Below are positions 26,820 to 38,892 of a stretch of DNA of 64,000 nucleotides, in pieces. Position 1 is the stretch's first letter; each line of letters begins with the position of its first letter. Source of the DNA: Lama glama (taxonomy: Eukaryota); assembly GCA_028534125.1 (NCBI GenBank), contig CM052842.1, positions 3,782,001-3,846,000 on the forward strand, read 5' to 3'. Both the position numbers and the translations under genes were made by a program. The notes under the pieces were generated by a model, which had not been told where the DNA came from, searched no databases, and was given only the letters and a program-made list of their open reading frames with translations.

Positions 26820-27110
26820 TACAGAGCCCCTACTCTGCCGGGCACTCTGCCAGGGCTTTCGCATGAGATCTCATTCCATGTTTTTCTTTGTTTATATCCC
26901 GAGCTGGTGCAAAACAACATTTACTAGTCTATGTTATCTCATTTAGCCAAGACGACTGCTTGACGTAGAGGTTATTATCAGAGTGTATTAGTAAGAAACC
27001 TGAAGACCAGAGAGGTTAAGTCATTCGTCTGAGGTCACAGAGCTAATAAAAAACAAGATGTGGCATCAAATCCAGATCTGTCAGTATCCAAACTGCCTGC
27101 TCTGACCAGG
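26820..27110 (-). mobile_element. MIR SINE
   Basis: ctactctgccgggcactctgccaggg...agaggttaagtcattcgtctgaggtcacagagcta. Confidence 0.65.
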
Positions 27111-27360
27111 TTACTTTCCTGGTTATTTTCCTAGGTTGTGACGCCTTGTCCCACTGGTTTTATGATGTGCAGATCGCCGGATTTAGAGTCTGATTGATCA
27201 TGCTCTGGGAACCATTCTATGCACAGAGAATACAGCCATCAAAGACAGATTAGAAACAAAAAAAACAACCTGCCCCCCTGGAGCCCACATCCCAGGGTCA
27301 TTACTAGTTTGCTACTTGGCTATCTCAGTTCTCTTCAGCAGATGTTTACTGAGGATCGAC

Positions 27361-27760
27361 TGTTAGGGTTTTGTTTTTCCTGTTGAAAATCAGGGAAGGA
27401 ACTCCCACCACACCCCTTTTATTAGAGCATTTACTTTAGAAAACTCGTCACTGTGAGTTCTTTCTCTGTCGCTTTGAAATGTATGTAAGCCTTTTCCAAA
27501 GCTAAGTAAGCCTTTTGCCAGCTCTAGGTCCCAGGAAAGTCTTTCTCAAGGACCTGGGAACATTGTTTTGAAATGTAATCATCAAGGAAAATGAAACCCC
27601 ATCTCCCAGGTTCTGCAGGAAGGGAGGAGCCTAACTACAGGGCCCCTTGTTCCAAGCTACAAACTACCTCCAGTTAAAAAGACGTCAGAAGTTTGTTTTG
27701 TTTTGTACAAAGCTAATTCACTAAAGCAGACGGCCACCCCGCTTACCAGGTGACCTTGTA
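27361..27760 (+). mobile_element. ERV1 LTR, MER34-like
   Basis: Starts TGTTAG; tagagcatttactttagaaaact...ctttgaaatgtatgtaa...tctttctcaaggacctggg...gaaatgtaatcatcaagga. Confidence 0.55.
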
Positions 27761-29980
27761 GGTCTTTCTTCTCCAGCACATCAGGCCCTAAAAGGCATGG
27801 CCCATATCTGACCTAACTCTATACCTCCTGACTTGGAAGGGAGCTGTTCAAGGCCATGCTTGGTGAGAACCTTCCAGGATCAAGGCAGCTGTAGGTGAAA
27901 AGACTTCTCTCCTGAAGACAGCATGGACTAAATGGCTTTGGGCTGCCTTCTGGGCAGAATGGGATTCCAGGACCTTTTCTGGCAGAGGAGGTATGACTCT
28001 GCCTCCCAGACTCGTGGGCTCCAAGCGGGGGCTTCTGCTCATTTAGTGTCTCCAGTCCTACAGCTCCCGTTACATGACTGGTGCACATGTGGGTGAGAAG
28101 AAAACCATGTTTTTCGTGAAGGACAGAATAGTCAAACTGGAAGAGGCTTTAACATCTGACTCTGCAGAAAATTATGTGTCCAGAAAATCATGTTCTGATT
28201 ACCATCTTGCTTCTTCTTCCTCTACATGGCTCATAATCAAACAGCAGCCACTACCTCAGACCCTAACCCGTAGAGTCAGTGTCTATGCGGTCTGAAAGCT
28301 CTAGATCGGAGCTCTGCAGTTGATGATGTCAGTGACCTCCCCAGACCCGGCAGCCAGAGGGAACAGCTGTAAATCTGCAAGACAAATCTTAGGGAAGCTG
28401 GTTTCCCAGATGCTGGATCACAAGCTGCAAACAAGCAAATCAAACCTTCCTGATGATGCATGTGACCAGTGGCCACCCAGGACCTTTGGTTATAAAAGGA
28501 CATTAACAGTGACCATAGATGCTCCATTATGAGTAGCATTTTCAATTTACAAATTCATCTTCGTGCCCCCAGGTCTGGCAGCGATAAGTGAAATTCAGCA
28601 GAAAGGAAACGAAACAGTCCTCTGTTCTGTTTCCTGGAGATTGGCTTCGGATGAACCAAGAGCACAGAGACAGGTTTGAGCTTGAAGCCAAGAACCAAGG
28701 CAAGCCGGTGAGTCCTCTGCAACTCATTCTCCCAACAACAGGCGGTCGTAAGGGGAAGCTGTTACAGGATCATTACCAGAGGCAGCTGGCTTTGCCCTCC
28801 TTGGGAGCTGTCCTTGGTGCTGGCGCTGGAGGTAGCGTTGCTGGGGTCTAACAGCAGGCTACTACCGTGGGGCATAGTAGGGATCACCTTGGCTATACCA
28901 CCCACTAGTTTCATAATTCTAGCACTTAATCTTGCCAAACTCTAGTTTCCTAGTCTGTAAGGTGGAACAGTATCTCTGCCTCCCAGGATGATGCTGACCT
29001 TTGCAGGAGGTAGTACTTAAAGCAGGTAAACTGGCCTTAGCTCTTAGCACACCAGGTATCTCACCTACTGGCTGCAGCTCCCTGGGAGTTCATTCTGCAA
29101 GTGAACCCTGAGAACTTCTCAAGGTCGCCATGGACTCCCAAGTGGAGAAGCAAACCCCTGTCTCTCAGATACAGCATTAATTTGTGTTCTTTCTCTGGAT
29201 GGAAGCTTTCTTTGGCTTTCTCTTGATTATGTAAAGGAACAAATCTCCCTTGAAGGGAATTATAGAAGAACAAAGGCAGAGCCATTGTCCCAAGACATCA
29301 GCACTTCAAGCGGGGCTGGGCTGATAGAGAAAATAACTCCTACTTAGTGGAGGGAACTCCTTATCTGTTTAATTGATTTGCTTTTGTTTCCCTGAATAAA
29401 GGCCATTCCCTGGCAGGGGCAGCACCCAGCAGCCAGTAAGCTGACAGCGAAGACTGCATACTTAAGGCTCAGTTGAAATTCCCCACCTGCAGAGTCCTTC
29501 AGCGAGGAGTTCAGCCACCACCTATGACCCCAGAAAGGGAGGGTAAGACTCAGTTAATAGCCCCTCAGTTAATAGCCCCGAGGCAGCTATGCTTTGTGCA
29601 GTCTCTTAACCTAACGCTGCACCAGGGCAGTCTCTCGTTCCAGCAACACTGAGACCTGATGCCTGCAGTTTGTGAAGCAGTAGTGTCGGGTCTGTCAAGA
29701 CCCTACGAAACTTCAAAGTCTATCGGACAACAGCAAACGCTAGATGTGGTGACCCGCCAGCCAGGGCCTGGGTGACCTGGTGGTTCTCCACCTGGATACC
29801 CGACAGGTGGCTGTCACACCACAGTATTTCTGTTTGCTTCCTTGCTTTTAACAATAGTGAGTGAGTTTTCTGATTTTAGAACCATCATTCCTCTACACTG
29901 GACGTCACTCGTCCTCAAACTCAGGTTACCCAGTGAGATGAGCAGAATAATTGTACACAGTTTTATGAAGGCTCACTGAC

Positions 29981-30034
29981 CTGTGGTCCAGCTATTCCTG
30001 GGGGCCCTGGGAGGCCTCTGGGACCAGCATCTCC
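29981..30034 (-). CDS. COL22A1: COL22A1 exon (inverted contig, 2nd of 6), 54 nt: GDAGPRGLPGPPGIAGPQ
   Basis: Minus strand: gatgctacAG | gga gat gct ... cca cag | GTCAGT. Confidence 0.92.
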
Positions 30035-30067
30035 CTGTAGCATCAACAACAAGAATGAGTGTCTGGA

Positions 30068-30345
30068 CCAGAACAGACTCAGACATAGAAAACAAACTAT
30101 GGTTACCAAGGGGGAAAGTGGGGCGGGGGATAAATTAGGAGTTTGGGATTAACAGATACACACCACATATAACATAGATAAACAACAAGGACCTACTGTA
30201 CAGCACAGCGAAGTAGAGTTAATTTCTTGTAATAAGTTATAATGGAAAGGGATCTGAAAATATATGTATGTATATGTATAACTGAATCGCTTTGCTGTAC
30301 ACCTGAAACTAACATTGTAAATCAACTACACTTCCACAAGAAAAA
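30068..30345 (+). mobile_element. 5'-truncated artiodactyl-type L1 3' end with A tail and a decayed 17-bp TSD
   Basis: acagactcagacatagaaaacaaactatggttacc...ctttgctgtacacctgaaactaac...aatcaactacacttc + A-rich tail; TSD at 30051-30067 and 30346-30362. Confidence 0.85.
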
Positions 30346-30688
30346 AAGGATGCGTGTTTGGAGCCCACACCCAGAGTTACAGCAAGCCACCCCCTTACAC
30401 ATCTAGTCACTGATTTCCCACTGAGATTTCCCTGTCCCCTTCCCACCCCCAGCGTGTGTGAGCTAAGGGGGCAGACGAGTGGTGGCGACAGGAGCACGGC
30501 TATGTGTTCATGGGCATGACCCACCGCTACCGTGCTAGCTGGCGTGCTAGCCAGTCCCCAGGACGACCCCAGTGACCTCTGCCCCCACAGCCACACCCCT
30601 GAGTAGAACCCTCCCGTGTACCAGCGAGGCAACTCTGGGGTCTCCAAGATGATGCAATGGTAAAAACTGTTTCCTATTTTCTCCTTAC

Positions 30689-30802
30689 CTTCTTCCCTTC
30701 TGCGCCTTCTCTCCCTGGCTTTCCTGGGAGACCTTTGTCCCCTTTAAAACCTGGCAGACCAGGGAGGCCCGGGGGGCCAGGGGGGCAGTCATTGCACATG
30801 TC
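30689..30802 (-). CDS. COL22A1: COL22A1 exon (inverted contig, 1st of 6), 114 nt: [38 protein letters not shown]
   Basis: Minus strand: tttctttcAG | gac atg tgc aat gac tgc ... aag aag | GTAAGG. Contains CxxC and continues directly from the + strand exon ending at 12900. Confidence 0.95.
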
Positions 30803-32467
30803 CTGAAAGAAAGAGCAAACACATGATACAGTTACTGGCAAAACAAAAGGTGGCCCAGAGCTCCTCCTCTCCAGACAGGAGGAAGCCAGCAAATGAGGAA
30901 AGAGCAAGCAGGTGGGTTGAGTCATTACCCAAATAGCTTGTGTCAAGCTTTGCATTTTTCTCTTAGTCCTAAATTAGATTTCAGTGCTGATATATCTGGA
31001 TTACTACCCCATTTCTCCCTGCTTCTGGCCAAACGGCTGAAACACAGCCCAAGACAAAGATGTCAAAAGTGCATGTACCAGTATCTGTGAACATCTGGAG
31101 ATACTCACAGTACAGGTTTAATGCAAACACTCAGCATTGTTTACAATAGCACGCCCTGTCCCTAAGGCTAGAGAGCGTCCTCGGTCTCATGGGTTTGCCC
31201 AAGTGGTTCCTGAACAAAGCAGCAAGACAAAGAAAGCAACAGGTGCCCGCCCTCAGGACTCTGCTGCCTGGCACATGCGAACCTCCCCAGGCCTGGCATT
31301 CCTCTCTGCCCACAGTGGGCATTTAACAAATGTTCCCTGGAAAGGAGCTTTGCTCTCCTTCTTTGAGGCAGGCAAGTCCCCAGAGTGAATGTAAAGCCCT
31401 CAGCCCAGGGAACAGGTTTTCTAACTTGTCTGTGTCATCCCCAGATCTTACAGCTTGGAGCACAGCAAACACCAAATAAAACTCACGGGCTTGACCACAC
31501 CCCTGCCCGTCTCACCCCCCAGGGGCTTGGGTCGCTCCCTCCACGGCCTTCTCGCTAACCCTCCCTCTCTTCCTCCCCCACTCTCTCCTTTTGATGAAGG
31601 TGTCAGCTCCTTCCCAGTGCACTTGGCTATTTCTATTCATTCATGTGTTCACTCAGCCGCTCCCTCAATGAAAGAGCATTTACTTGCAAAGCAACCACTC
31701 TGTCAGGCACCGTGCCTCTCCGCTCTGAGACCACAGGAGCACGCATCCTGAGGGCTCTTGGTCCCGCGGCACCCACGGACACGCAACACACACACTGACA
31801 AGGGCCTCTGGGATGCTGCCCTGGAGCCACCTGCAGAGTGTCCTGTAGGACAAGGTGCACGTGTTCACATTCAGTGAGGTGAGCTTTCAGGCGACCTGGC
31901 ATTCATCTTGGTGTCTAATGCAGGATGGACGGGCTTTTTCCATCAAAAAAGCAACTTTGAACAGTCTACCTTCCTTTGACAAGCTCACTCCTGCTCAGTC
32001 TCTGCAGACTCTTCAGCTGTGTCCTCCTCCAGGACGTCCCCCAAGAACTGGGGGTGTGTTCCTGCTTCCACGGACCCAGGAATTCCCGCTGTGGCAGCAC
32101 GTGACCCACTGTTGATGTGGTCTGTTTATAGCTCCATGCCCTCCCCACCAAGAAAAGGAAAGTGTGACTCTCCGAGAACAGCGGTAGAGTCTTTATGCAT
32201 CCAATTCAGAGCAAATAACCTACTGCAGAGCATGAGTTCCGTCAGTGGGTGAGCCAGCCGACCCGACTGACCGACCAGTGACCTGCTGGCATCCAGGGCC
32301 ATCTTCCTTAGCAGGTGGTTCCAGAAGCTGGCTGAATTTTTAGGGGAAGGGTGAGGAGCATCAAATGTTTTCGCTGCTGCCTTTTGTTTGGAGGCATGGC
32401 AGACGTGGGAGGAACTCACGTATTCCCAGACCTTCTCTTATAGTTCTTCAAAATGAGACACATCCAC

Positions 32468-32967
32468 NNNNNNNNNNNNNNNNNNNNNNNNNNNNNNNNN
32501 NNNNNNNNNNNNNNNNNNNNNNNNNNNNNNNNNNNNNNNNNNNNNNNNNNNNNNNNNNNNNNNNNNNNNNNNNNNNNNNNNNNNNNNNNNNNNNNNNNNN
32601 NNNNNNNNNNNNNNNNNNNNNNNNNNNNNNNNNNNNNNNNNNNNNNNNNNNNNNNNNNNNNNNNNNNNNNNNNNNNNNNNNNNNNNNNNNNNNNNNNNNN
32701 NNNNNNNNNNNNNNNNNNNNNNNNNNNNNNNNNNNNNNNNNNNNNNNNNNNNNNNNNNNNNNNNNNNNNNNNNNNNNNNNNNNNNNNNNNNNNNNNNNNN
32801 NNNNNNNNNNNNNNNNNNNNNNNNNNNNNNNNNNNNNNNNNNNNNNNNNNNNNNNNNNNNNNNNNNNNNNNNNNNNNNNNNNNNNNNNNNNNNNNNNNNN
32901 NNNNNNNNNNNNNNNNNNNNNNNNNNNNNNNNNNNNNNNNNNNNNNNNNNNNNNNNNNNNNNNNNNN
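32468..32967. other. Assembly gap, exactly 500 N
   Basis: N run; same length as the first gap. Confidence 0.99.
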
Positions 32968-33189
32968 AGTACTAAAGTAGAAGGTGAAACATGTAAAATT
33001 CTCAGCTGGGTGACAGGGACATTGTACGTGGCTCCCTCAGTTGGTGCTTTGGCCACGATTATATGGGAGGAGAGCAACCAGGTTCCCTGCCTCTGAGCTG
33101 GCTGGATTTGGGATTCAAGTGTCTTCAGGGAAGATGCTGGGACCCAGGCAGGCCCTGTCCCCCTCCAGGGAAAGGGCACTGGCCTATTT

Positions 33190-33390
33190 CAAACAGTGGG
33201 GGGCACTGTTTATCTCTTTTACAATTCTCACAGCAGCTCTGCAGAAGTAGCTTCTACCCCCATTTTACAGCTATGGAAACTCAGTCCCAGTGAAGAGAAG
33301 GAAAGCACCCAAGACCCGCAGCTAGAAAGTGGGGCGCCGTGGTTCCGTTCCAGACCCGACTCCAGAGTCAGCCCTTCTCCTCGAACTTAC
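33190..33390 (-). mobile_element. MIR SINE
   Basis: ccccattttacagctatggaaactcag...cccaagacccgcagctagaaagtgg...cagacccgactccagag. Confidence 0.65.
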
Positions 33391-34442
33391 TAGCATAGAA
33401 CGCCCCTTTCTGTAGGTTAATCCCGTGAAGCTCTGCCAGGTGTGTCTTCCTACCCTCATCTCACAGGCGGTGATGCTAGGACTCTGAGGGGTAAGGTGAC
33501 TCCTCTGAGGTCACAGTGGTTGAATCTGGAATCCAACTGAGACGACGTCCTCTTCCTCCCGCTCCTCCTCCCGCCCCTCCCAGGGCCCGGGAGTGTCCCT
33601 CTCCGCCGCACCACCCTGATCCCACCCTGGGGAAGGACCTTCAGAGCCTCCCTCCCAAGACCACCCATTCTCACCCCCCAAGTGGGGCGGAATCACACAG
33701 CACGTCTGCAGGGTGCTAACTGCAACCCCCCACAGGAGCGGTGCCAGCCCTGAGGGCTGTCTTCTCCCCGGAAGGTCTTCACGTGCTTTCTGAAACCAGG
33801 AGAGAAAATCGGGAGTTAGGGTCTGAGAAGGGCCTGGTGCAGGCAGCCGCAGGCGTTTGGCCTTGGCCCCGAGGGCCCTGTCGGGCCACAAACTGCTGCC
33901 TCCTTGAGTGGAGTGTGACGTGGAGGGATGTACGCTGCAGTCAGACAGACCCAGCTTGGAGTCCTGCCTCCACCACTTACTCTCTGTGATTGGCCTGAGC
34001 TCCTCATCTACAAAGTGGGAAAAACACAGCCCATCCTGCAGGACCTCCCTGTGCTGTGATGGGAGCACGTGTGATGACCGTGGCGGGGACACGGCCGGGC
34101 TCCGCAGATCGGCTCTTCCTCTTTCTCCTACAGCGTTATCCCTCCTCCCTCCCTCCCCCCCAACGCTCTGCGGGTGGCATTTGTGTAACAGGCCCCTGCA
34201 GCCCTGCCCACTCGCAGAGTGCCCAGGAGGAAGGGCCTCTCCACCCAGGCAGTCACCAGGGACCTGGCCCGTGCCTGGTGCCGAGCAGGGCCCCACACAC
34301 TGCAGCTGGTTACGGACGAGGGCAGTCAGGAGAGGCACAGAGAGAGGGCTCTGGGCTCAGCTGGGCTGTCTCGCAGGTGTCTGTCCAGTCCCGAGCTATC
34401 AGCCTGACCTTTGGTGGACTAACTTCATTCTCTTCCTTCTAG

Positions 34443-34487
34443 GGCTTCAAGGGACACACGGGCGATTCTGGCCCCCCTGGCCCCCGA
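34443..34487 (+). CDS. COL22A1: COL22A1 exon, 45 nt: GFKGHTGDSGPPGPR
   Basis: Consensus branch point GACTAAC, pyrimidine tract, AG; GTAAGT donor. Confidence 0.95.
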
Positions 34488-35295
34488 GTAAGTGGGCGTC
34501 TCTCCATCCGGCCACCCCGGGTGCGCCTGAGCTGGCCCTTCTAGCAGGGCCCTGGGCCCGGCCGTGGCGCTGTGCTGTGTCGCCTGAGAGAGGACAGTGG
34601 CATCACTGGGAGCGTCCTCCTCGTCTAGTGTTTCTAGACATTTCTCCTGGGGACCAGACCCCGACATACAGCCACCTTGACTGAGTCAGCCTGGAGTCTG
34701 GTGGGTCACTGTCGGCTGTGCTCCCCGCGGACCTGCTGTCACGAGTCCTATGAGGCCAGGGCTGTTACGAGGCCTGCTTTACAGAGGAGGGACCCGAGGC
34801 CCAGAGGCTGTGGGTGGCTCCCCCGAGGTCCCAGAGCTGATGTGTGCAAAGCATCGGCTTTCCCCAGATGGCCTGGGTCCTGTCTTCTTCTCCGTTACCT
34901 TCCTCCATCTCTTCCACGTGCCCGAACAGAAGGGATCTCAGGGTCCACCGGTTAGCCCCCCGCCCTAACCACGCTCTGTACGACGAGGAGAGAGCTGAGG
35001 TGCAGAGGGCCAGGTGGGTCAGCAGGTGAGGAGGTAGAATTCAGGCGGTTTCCTGACCGTCCCGCAGGTGTCTCCCTGCAGCTCAGAGAGGCAGAGCATG
35101 GCCCAGGATGCAGAGCTGGCCCTGGGGCCCCTGCTGACCCAGCCCAGGGTCAGGGCTCAGCGGGGCACTTTCCAGTCCCCCAGGGGCTGTCCTCCCAGCC
35201 ACCCCCTCAGATGCTCCAAGACCACCGCGGCTGAGACAGCAGCATTCTGCATCTCCCCCTAACAGCACCTGTTTTGTTTCTGCTTCACCTCCTAG

Positions 35296-35349
35296 GGAGA
35301 GCCTGGTGCCATGGGGCCCCCTGGCCAGGAAGGGTCACCAGGAAAAGAC
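35296..35349 (+). CDS. COL22A1: COL22A1 exon, 54 nt: GEPGAMGPPGQEGSPGKD
   Basis: cacctcctAG acceptor, GTGAGT donor. Confidence 0.95.
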
Positions 35350-36397
35350 GTGAGTCTGGGTGTCCTGTGGGGCCCGGCCGGGCCTGTGGGGGTGGGAGGG
35401 GATGTAGAGAATGTGCTTAGTGAAGGACCAAGAGATGCCCCGAAATTGGAGCAGGGTGGTTGGTGCCACCGCGGAGGGACTCATGGGTGAATTCTAGGCT
35501 CTGTTGATGGTGTCTCACCTGCCGGCAGCACGGGCCGTGGGGTCCCAGACGAGGCCCTGGGATCTGGACTTCCACTTGATGGCTGGTGCCTCTGCTATGT
35601 GCCAGACGAGGGGGCTTTGCTGAGTCAGCCCGGAGCTCTCTGTGGGCATCAGTGATGTGCTGCTGGATCTGGCCTCAGACGAACGTGAGCGGCATTGCAG
35701 AGCCTCTCCCCGATCGTTTCCCCACCTCCGATGTTCTGTTGGCTCAAGAACCCATCATGGCTCCGCCGCCGCGTGCTGTGGAGCGCTGTGTGCTCCCCGC
35801 CTGCTCCCTGACTTGTGGCCTTGGGATCAGGGTGGGGCAGCTCATCTTTACCCCCATCTCACCGATAGAAGAAACCAAGACCCAGAGAGATCAAGAGACT
35901 TACTTGTCACACAGAGAGCCAGGGGCAGGGGGAGGCAGCAAGGAGCCCAGACCCATCGGCTCCGCACCCCGCAGGCCAGGGCGACGGTCTTGGCACACGA
36001 CACCCTGCAGGGAGGTCCGACGTGCGTGCACACAGCGCGGCCTCCTGGCAGCGGGCGCTTGGCCAGGAGCATGAGCACAGGGTCCTGAGGTCCAGAGCAG
36101 CCCCCTGCCCGCCCCCTTGTGTCCTCAGGACCTGCCTTTCTGCGCTGTGAGGTGTGCTCCGTCCCCTGGCCCCCGGTGTGCATTGTCTTCTTGGATGATG
36201 GAGCCACAAAGGACCTTGGGAGAAATCCCATCTATCACCTGCTGTTCCCCAGCAGTGGAATCCATTTCACAAAACCAGCCTAGAGCACGGAGGGCCCGCA
36301 TGCAGTTAAAAGCAGAGCAGCTGCCTTGGCCCGGGGCCGCGAAGGCGCCTCTTAGGCGCTGCAGGGCCGTTGAAAATCCTGGTCGAATCAATCCCTC

Positions 36398-36568
36398 TTT
36401 TAATTTTTTTAATTTTATTTTACTGAGTTACAATGTTGTGTCAATTTCCAGTGTAGAGCGTAGGCTTCCAGTCATACATGAACATATATATATTCATCAT
36501 CTCATTCTTTTTCACTGTGAGCCACCACAAGACCTTGTATGTATTTCTCTGTGCTACACAGTATAATT
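36398..36568 (-). mobile_element. Young L1 3' end, camelid-type
   Basis: T-rich tail then ttacaatgttgtgtcaatttccagtgtagag...catacatgaacatatatatattcat...ctgtgctacacagtataat. Confidence 0.7.
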
Positions 36569-37281
36569 TTCTCACTTGAATTTCAGTAAAGGGCGTGAGA
36601 GGAGCTCCCCAGGCGGGAGTGTAGGTGGGCTCAGCTCACCCTGCAAGGTCAGGGACAGGAGCCTGGGATGCGAGGTCAGAGTGCAAATGTTTTCTTCCCT
36701 CCCTCTCAGCTGTCTGACTTTTCATTTAAAAATGCCATCTTCTAGAGCGTTCTGCCGTCTCATTTGTGTAGGAGCATGGCCGAGCTTGTTGTCTCATGTA
36801 TAACATGGGGAGAATTATCCCCATGTCAGGAGGCTGCCGGGAAAACCATGGAGGTGGTGGCGGTGAACCGCCCCTGCTGCACCCCCGGAAGGTGGGCTCT
36901 TCCTTCCCGTGGTGACTGAGGCAGGAACGGTTCCAGGTCACTGTCCAGTGACTCAGGAGCACAACTCCAAGAGCAGTCCTCTTCCCTGTTTCTCCCCTGG
37001 GTTCCAGGCGGAGCCCCTGAAATCCCTGTGGGACCAGTGGAAAATGTCTAAGCAGGTACCTGAGTCAGTGAGTGTCAGGGCCGGGGGGTGGTTCCTGCGT
37101 CTCCTCGTCTGCTGGGAGCAAGCTGATCCACACGTGGCCGGAGGGGTGATTCATGATGAAGCGTCTTGGACACCGTTGCTGGTTCCCTCTGGGAACTGGG
37201 TGAACTCTGGTCCATGTTTGGTGCTGCGCCTCCATCGTCTTCCTGTGACAACTGTGATAACTTGACCTCTCTCTGTTCCAG

Positions 37282-37335
37282 GGTGACATGGGACCCACAG
37301 GGCCACAGGGTCCCCAAGGACTGAGGGGCCTGCCG
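37282..37335 (+). CDS. COL22A1: COL22A1 exon, 54 nt: GDMGPTGPQGPQGLRGLP
   Basis: ctctgttccAG acceptor, GTGAGT donor. Confidence 0.95.
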
Positions 37336-37644
37336 GTGAGTTTTGCTTTGGGACCAGCCTGCTCCGTGCTTTGGCAAGGCCTCTTCCTATGGTGGTGTTT
37401 GGTCGGTTCATCCTGGTGCAGCCCTCTGGGTTGTTGAAAAAGTGACAGAATGTCTTAGCAGTTGGTAGATAGCCGCTGCCCTGGGCCCCGCCTTGTGGCC
37501 CCACACACATTCCCAAGGCTCTCTTCTGGGACCACCTCCCCACAATCCAGAAATTTAAAAGCTGCCCCCTGGCACGGCAGGGGTCCTGTGGGACCGCCCC
37601 TCCAGTCCTTCTCCAGCTTTAGGACGTTCTGATGTTCGGGGCAC

Positions 37645-38120
37645 ATTCCTCGTTCACTCGAGCTATCAGAGCAAAGAACCAGACAGGGAGGGGCTTGAAC
37701 AACAGAACTTACCGGCTCTCGGTTATGGAGCCTAGAAGTTCAAGACGTTGCTAGCCTCACGCTCTGTGAGCTGGAAGTCCCGGGTCAGGGAGCCTGCAGA
37801 TCTGGCTCCTCCTGCCGGAGAGCCGTCCCGTGCCTCTGTTAGCACCTGGTGGCTTGCAAGTGATCCCCGGCCTTCCTGGGCCTGTAGAAGCATCGCCCTG
37901 TCTCTGCCTTCATCTTCAGTGGTACTCCCCCTGTGGGCATGTCTCTGGTGCAACGTCCCCTTTTTATAAAGTCACCAGTCATTGTATCAGGGCCGCCCCA
38001 CTGCAGTATGACCTCCTCTTACTGAATGACGTGCGCATTTCTGAATAAGGTCAAGTTCTGACACGGGGGGAGTAGGACTTCACGTGTGGGTTGGGGCTGA
38101 GGGGACCCACCACGTGGTTA
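37645..38120 (-). mobile_element. MaLR LTR, MLT1B/C-like
   Basis: gcttgaacaacagaa...tgtagaagcatcgccctgtctctgccttcatcttca...tttataaagtcaccagtcattg...gtatgacctcctctta. Confidence 0.75.
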
Positions 38121-38838
38121 ACAGATGTTTTGAATATTATCTCTGCCCCTTTATGCACTTAAGCAGGTCATTCTCTTATCCAAGAGCAGCCTGAGAGAAT
38201 ATGGGAGAGGGAGGTCGGAAGCGGTTACTCACATTCCTAGGTCTGTGCGAAGGGGGGCACACACCCTCCCACAGGGGCTGCTGCGATCTGCGCGCCTGGG
38301 TGTGGGCGCGCGGACGTGATCTGCGGGGATGGTGCAAGGACGCACGCGGAATGGGTATTACAAAGCAAAGACAAGGCTGCCTCCTCATCCCCACCTCCCA
38401 CAGAGGCAGCCGCTGTTAACAGCATCTTGCGTGTCTCTGAGAATATTTTCAATACACCTACTAGCATATAGACAGAATGCACAATTGTCACACAGTTTTA
38501 TCTTTGCAGCTTGCTTATTTTGCATAGCTTGTGTGTACGTGTGCATATTTTGAATGAGTAATGGAATAAATGAATGAGTGAACTTAGAACTCACGGGCAC
38601 ATGAGCTCATTCAATTCCACAACAATTCCACACTCGCAGTATATCAGACTCCTTTTACAAGTTGAGACGCGTCCTCTAAGCAACGAGGTGGGTTTCTGAG
38701 AGCCGTGCTGTCTGAGTCACAGCTCTAAGTGTGAAATCAGGCCCTCCACATCGGGCAGCCTCGCTGTTCCACCGTCCTGCTCTGTGACATCCTGGCCGAG
38801 AGTCCTGGCAGAACCCTTCCTTCTGTCTCTTCCACCAG

Positions 38839-38892
38839 GGTAAGAACGGACCGCCTGGCTCTCCAGGAGACCCTGGCGCTCCAGGAAACCCC
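38839..38892 (+). CDS. COL22A1: COL22A1 exon, 54 nt: GKNGPPGSPGDPGAPGNP
   Basis: tcttccaccAG acceptor, GTGAGT donor. Confidence 0.95.

Noticed and set aside
15862-30802. A separate antisense collagen gene nested in COL22A1
   Set aside because: The six exons fill the missing stretch of the COL22A1 protein, in order. There is no start, signal peptide or stop, and the block is bounded by gaps.
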